Below are positions 60,035 to 64,000 of a stretch of DNA of 64,000 nucleotides, piece after piece. The translations under genes were made by a program, and so were the position numbers. Position 1 is the first letter of the stretch, and each line of letters starts with the position of its first letter. Origin of the DNA: Synechococcus sp. (GTDB lineage: Bacteria; Cyanobacteriota; Cyanobacteriia; PCC-6307; Cyanobiaceae); the NCBI GenBank assembly GCA_047285805.1, contig JBJBCN010000002.1:128001-192000 (forward strand), in the 5' to 3' direction. The notes under the pieces were generated by a model. It was given only the letters and a program-made list of their open reading frames with translations. It was not told where the DNA came from and searched no databases.

Positions 60035-60460
60035 CTAGGCGCTCGGCAGCACCTGCAGGTTGGTGCCGTCCCGGCCAGTCACCAGGACCTGGCTGCCGGG
60101 TTGAAGGGCTTGGCCGGGCTCCAGATTCTCCGCTGCCCAGCTTTGGCCGTGCCAGAGCACCCGCCCCTGGTCGCTCCCTGTCTCAAAGCCACTGATCACC
60201 TCGGCGTACTGGGCCGCGTCGCTTTGGCGGATGGCCCGCTCTCGTTTGCGCGCGGACCAGCGCTGCAGCAGCACAAGCAGGGCGAGCGAGCCGGCGGGAA
60301 AGAGCAGCAGCTGCAGCCCCAGGTTCAGGGGCAACCAGGCGCACAGCAACGAGACCAGTAGGGCGGAGAGGGCCGCGGCGAGCAGACCGTCGAATTCCGC
60401 TCCGAGCCACTCCAGGGCCAAGAGGGCCAAGGCAACCAGAAACCAGAGCAGCGCAGTCAC
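60035..60460 (-). CDS. NfeD family protein
   Basis: TM helices plus OB-fold [19 protein letters not shown]. Confidence 0.85.
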   Translation of the reverse strand: MTALLWFLVALALLALEWLGAEFDGLLAAALSALLVSLLCAWLPLNLGLQLLLFPAGSLALLVLLQRWSARKRERAIRQSDAAQYAEVISGFETGSDQGRVLWHGQSWAAENLEPGQALQPGSQVLVTGRDGTNLQVLPSA

Positions 60461-60516
60461 GGGGTTGCGATCAGGCAGCTGCTGCCTAGCTTGAAGCCGA
60501 CTGAGCGATTGGGCCA

Positions 60517-61428
60517 ATGGAAGCGCTGTTTGGCTTGCCGGCCCTCCTGGTGATGGCCTTTCTGGGGCTAAACAGCATCAAGGTCACCAGCGGCGGCCAG
60601 TCCCGACTGGTGGAACGGCTCGGCAAGTACGACCGGCAACTACAGCCCGGCCTCTCCCTGGTGCTCCCGATGGTGGAGCGTGTGGTCAGCCATGAGTCCC
60701 TGAAGGAGCGGGTGCTCGACATTCCGCCCCAGCAGTGCATCACCCGCGACAACGTCGCCATTGAGGTGGATGCGGTCGTCTACTGGCAGCTGCTGGAGCA
60801 CGAGCGGGCCTATTACTCCGTCGACAACCTGCAGGCGGCGATGGTGAATCTGGTGCTGACCCAGATCCGCGCCGAGATGGGCAAGCTCGACCTCGATCAA
60901 ACCTTCACGACCCGCCAGGAGGTTAATGAGGCGCTGTTGCGGGAGTTGGATTCCGCCACCGATCCCTGGGGCGTGAAGGTGACCCGGGTGGAACTGCGCG
61001 ACATTCAACCCTCCCGCGGGGTGCAGCAGGCGATGGAGCAGCAGATGACCGCGGAACGGGAGAAGCGCGCCGCGATCCTGCGCTCAGAGGGCGAAAAGGA
61101 GTCCCAGCTCAACGCGGCCCGGGGCCGCGCCGAAGCCCTCGTGCTCGATGCGAAGGCCAAGCAGGAAGCCTTGGTGTTGGAGGCGGAAGCCCAGGCCAAG
61201 CAGCAGGCCCTCTTGGCCCAGGCCCGCGCCGATGCGGCCAGCCGTTTGGCCGTGGCGATTCAGGAGAATCCCGAGGCGGCTGAGGCGATGCGCTTGCTGC
61301 TGGCAGGCGATTGGATGGCGATGGGCGAGCAGATGGCCCAGGCTCCTGGAGGCAGCGTCTTGATGGTGGACCCCCAAAGCCCGGCGGCCTTGATCTCGGC
61401 GCTCAAGGGGTTCCAGCTGCAGGATTAG
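60517..61428 (+). CDS. SPFH / band 7 (stomatin-like) protein
   Basis: VERLGKY, ITRDNV, WGVKVTRVE, QMTAEREKRA. Confidence 0.92.
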   Translation: MEALFGLPALLVMAFLGLNSIKVTSGGQSRLVERLGKYDRQLQPGLSLVLPMVERVVSHESLKERVLDIPPQQCITRDNVAIEVDAVVYWQLLEHERAYYSVDNLQAAMVNLVLTQIRAEMGKLDLDQTFTTRQEVNEALLRELDSATDPWGVKVTRVELRDIQPSRGVQQAMEQQMTAEREKRAAILRSEGEKESQLNAARGRAEALVLDAKAKQEALVLEAEAQAKQQALLAQARADAASRLAVAIQENPEAAEAMRLLLAGDWMAMGEQMAQAPGGSVLMVDPQSPAALISALKGFQLQD

Positions 61429-62120
61429 CTCTGCTGCTTATCTTGCCAGCGGGCGTAAAGGTCCGGCCGGCGCTCGCGGGTGCGCTCCTCTTGCTGTTCA
61501 GCACGCCAGCGGGCAATGGCGCCGTGGTCGCCGCTGCGCAGAACAGCCGGGACGCTCATGCCACGAAAGTCCGCCGGGCGGGTGTAGTGGGGATGCTCCA
61601 GCAGCAGCGCGCTGTGGCTCTCCTCCTCCAGGCAGGCCTCGGTGCCGACGGTGCCGGGCAGCAGGCGAACCACCCCATTGATGATCGTCATCGCCGGCAG
61701 TTCGCCTCCGGTCAGCACGAAGTCGCCGATTGAGACCTCCTCGTCGGCCAAGGAGCGAATGCGCTCATCGAATCCTTCGTAGTGACCGCAGAGGAAGACC
61801 AGCTGGTTGTAGTCCGCCGCCCAGCGGCTCAGGTTTACCTGACGCAAGGGTTGCCCCTGGGGGGACATCAACAGGGTGCGCCGGCGCGGTTGCACCGGGA
61901 TCGACTCGAAGGCCGCAAAGACCGGCTCCGGCTTGAGCACCATGCCGGCACCGCCGCCATAGGGCTCATCGTCCACCTTGCGGTAGCGATCTGTGGCGAA
62001 GTCCCGCGGGTTGTGAACGTGAAGTTCAGCGCGTCCGGCGGCGAAGGCGCGGCCGATTACCCCCAGACCCTGCAGTGGCGCAAAGGCCTCCGGGGTCAGG
62101 CTGACCACATCGAGACGCAT
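61425..62120 (-). CDS. trmD: tRNA (guanine-N1)-methyltransferase
   Basis: DDEPYGGGAGM, CGHYEGFDER, SIGDFVLTGGE, YTRP. Confidence 0.97.
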   Translation of the reverse strand: MRLDVVSLTPEAFAPLQGLGVIGRAFAAGRAELHVHNPRDFATDRYRKVDDEPYGGGAGMVLKPEPVFAAFESIPVQPRRRTLLMSPQGQPLRQVNLSRWAADYNQLVFLCGHYEGFDERIRSLADEEVSIGDFVLTGGELPAMTIINGVVRLLPGTVGTEACLEEESHSALLLEHPHYTRPADFRGMSVPAVLRSGDHGAIARWRAEQQEERTRERRPDLYARWQDKQQS

Positions 62121-62123
62121 CGC

Positions 62124-62591
62124 TTAGGCGGCGGGCCGGCTGACCCGGCGGATTTCAGAGCTGAAGCTGGCGCGGCCCGGGGTGCCATCGGCGGGCTGCT
62201 CGATGGTGGAGCGCAGGCGCAGGTTTGGTTTGTTGAACCAGATCCGCTCACGGATTTCGCTGTCGTCCTGCTTGACGATCAGCTCGAGGCTGCTGTCGGG
62301 CCAGAGGGTCCAGCGGCCCTGCTGCTCTCCGGCTTGGAACTGGCCATCGGCCTGGAACTGCAGTTGTCTCGGGGCCTGGTCCTTGGGGCCGACGCTCAGG
62401 CCGCCGGGGTTGCCTTCGAGGTGGCGCACCACCAGTTCCCCGCGTTCGCTGCTATGCCATTCATCGCCCTCACCTCCCTCGCTTTCGTCGCCAAGGACAA
62501 AGCGGGATCGAAGGCACATCCATTCGCCTTCGCAGAGCTGCAGGAAGGCTTCGATCGAGTCCGGGGGAAAGGAGGCGGTGTCGCTCATCAA
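62124..62591 (-). CDS. CpcS/CpeS-like phycobiliprotein lyase
   Basis: F..LCEGEWMCLRS, ERIWFNKPNLRLRS, SFSSEIRR. Confidence 0.85.
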   Translation of the reverse strand: MMSDTASFPPDSIEAFLQLCEGEWMCLRSRFVLGDESEGGEGDEWHSSERGELVVRHLEGNPGGLSVGPKDQAPRQLQFQADGQFQAGEQQGRWTLWPDSSLELIVKQDDSEIRERIWFNKPNLRLRSTIEQPADGTPGRASFSSEIRRVSRPAA

Positions 62592-62600
62592 TGGATTCTC

Positions 62601-63584
62601 TCAGCTGTCGCCGCGGTACCCGAGTTCCGCGAGCCGCGATGAGCTGCGGCGCCAGTTGGGAACGACCTTGACGAAGAGCTCCAGGTATACCGGGCCGGAG
62701 ATCAGCTTCTGCATCTGTTGGCGAGCGCCCGTGCCGATCTGGCGAAGCATCCGTCCGCCTTTGCCGATCAGGATTCCTTTCTGACTGGTGCGCTCCACGA
62801 GCACGGTGGCAAGGACCGCGGTGCGCTCCTTGTCATCGACGATCCGCTCGATTTGCACGGCGACTGAGTGGGGGATCTCTTCGCGGGTGTGCTGGAGGAC
62901 CTGCTCGCGAATCAGCTCCGCCAGCAGCAGCTGCTCCGGTTGGTCGCTGACCGCATCGGGGGGGTAGAGGTGCGGCCCCTCCGGCAGCTCAGCCGCCAGG
63001 GCATTGACGAGCGCATCGGTGCCATCGCCATTGAGGGCGCTGACGGGGTGGAGGGGCCAACTAGGTACGAGTTCGCGGTAGCTGGTCTCCAGCTCGGCGG
63101 CCTGGTCGGGATCCACGAGATCGCATTTGTTTAGGGCGACCTGGACTGGCACTTTGGTGCGCTCGAGCAGCTCGACGATGAAGCCATCCCCGCGGCCGGC
63201 GGCCTGGCTGCCATCCACAAGCAGCAGCACCTGATCGACTTCACCGATCGCGCCACGGGCGGTCTGTACGAGCCGCTCCCCCAGCAGGTGATGGGGCTTG
63301 TGGATCCCGGGGGTGTCCACGAGCACCAGCTGGGCCGTGGGCGTGGTGAGGATCGCCCGCAGCCGGTTGCGGGTGGTTTGGGCCACCGGGGAGGTGATTG
63401 CCACCTTCTCGCCGACCAATTGATTCATCAGGGTGGACTTGCCCACGTTGGGCCGTCCCACTAGGGCGACAAAGCCTGAACGAAAGCCTTCGGGGCTCTG
63501 CCCCAGGGTGAAGCCACCGGCTACGGCCTTGGCCGGCAGATCGCTGAGATCTGGGAAAGGCAGCAACTGGTCGTGTGACTCCAT
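62601..63584 (-). CDS. era: GTPase Era
   Basis: GRPNVGKST, QTTR, DTPG, NKCD, EEIPH, KH-domain GILIGKGG. Confidence 0.96.
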   Translation of the reverse strand: MESHDQLLPFPDLSDLPAKAVAGGFTLGQSPEGFRSGFVALVGRPNVGKSTLMNQLVGEKVAITSPVAQTTRNRLRAILTTPTAQLVLVDTPGIHKPHHLLGERLVQTARGAIGEVDQVLLLVDGSQAAGRGDGFIVELLERTKVPVQVALNKCDLVDPDQAAELETSYRELVPSWPLHPVSALNGDGTDALVNALAAELPEGPHLYPPDAVSDQPEQLLLAELIREQVLQHTREEIPHSVAVQIERIVDDKERTAVLATVLVERTSQKGILIGKGGRMLRQIGTGARQQMQKLISGPVYLELFVKVVPNWRRSSSRLAELGYRGDS

Positions 63585-63702
63585 AGTCTCAACAAATGTG
63601 TTCAAGCGTTGCTATTACTGAGATCACAGGCGTGCACTGACCTCTGGACAGACACTAAGCACAGACATTTGACCTCTTTCACGCATCGTTCCACTCAACT
63701 CC

Positions 63703-64000
63703 ATGGCCCGGCCTGTCTCTGGTCCAAGACGCATCGACAACAGCGGTACGTGGTTCGCCGTGAAGATCATTGGCGGCCGCAAATTCATGAAGTCCCTCGG
63801 GACGAAGAACAAGGTTGAGGCACTGAGGCGCTGGCCCGCTGCTCTCGAAGATCTCGAGCGTCGAGCAAACCCTGAGAAGCCAAGACCTACTGATGTCCTG
63901 GACGTCAGCCACCTCGATCCGACCACTGGGAAGCAGTGGGAGGAGCGGGAACGTGCCATCGACTTGCTCCCTGCCTCAGCCATCGACTGGTCCGAGAATG
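63703..64000 (+). CDS. Probable integrase N-terminus (DUF6538-like); runs off the window
   Basis: Manual translation MARPVSGPRRIDNSGTWFAVKIIGGRKFMKSLGTKNKVEALRRWPAALEDLE..., open to the window end. Confidence 0.65.
   Translation, partial: MARPVSGPRRIDNSGTWFAVKIIGGRKFMKSLGTKNKVEALRRWPAALEDLERRANPEKPRPTDVLDVSHLDPTTGKQWEERERAIDLLPASAIDWSEN

Overview
GC-rich picocyanobacterial chromosome (Synechococcus/Cyanobium-like, inferred from gene content and order). The core backbone runs hpf-lipB-aas-ylqD-pdhC-queA-sodB-fkbp ... lnt ... tRNA-Ala-lexA-argF-ftsH-ribD-cbiET-NAD kinase-pheS-surE-ribF-thiE-thiS-larB-ispF-trmD-era. Accessory DNA interrupts it in four places. (1) An AT-rich insert at ~7.4-11.4 kb holds a TPR-methyltransferase and an IS607-like resolvase relic. 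(2) A patch at 12.9-16.2 kb holds two frameshifted HExxH-type paralogues and SelO. (3) A ~21 kb integrative element at tRNA-Ala(GGC) (att copies 16257-16302 and 37511-37556) carries a tyrosine integrase, Xis-like, primase-like and helicase genes plus stacked relics of related elements. (4) A second probable integrase starts just upstream of era at the right edge. The most striking cargo is a tandem pair of near-identical inverse-autotransporter-like beta-barrel genes. They differ almost only in short, Cys-paired C-terminal peptides that follow a lasso-leader-like WxxPxI motif. They sit directly beside a PqqD/RRE, HPr-kinase-like kinase, sulfotransferase and GNAT-like tailoring cassette with no lasso cyclase in the window. 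This is a candidate system for surface display of hypervariable, RiPP-style modified peptides. All family assignments come from motif recognition by eye; no searches were run.
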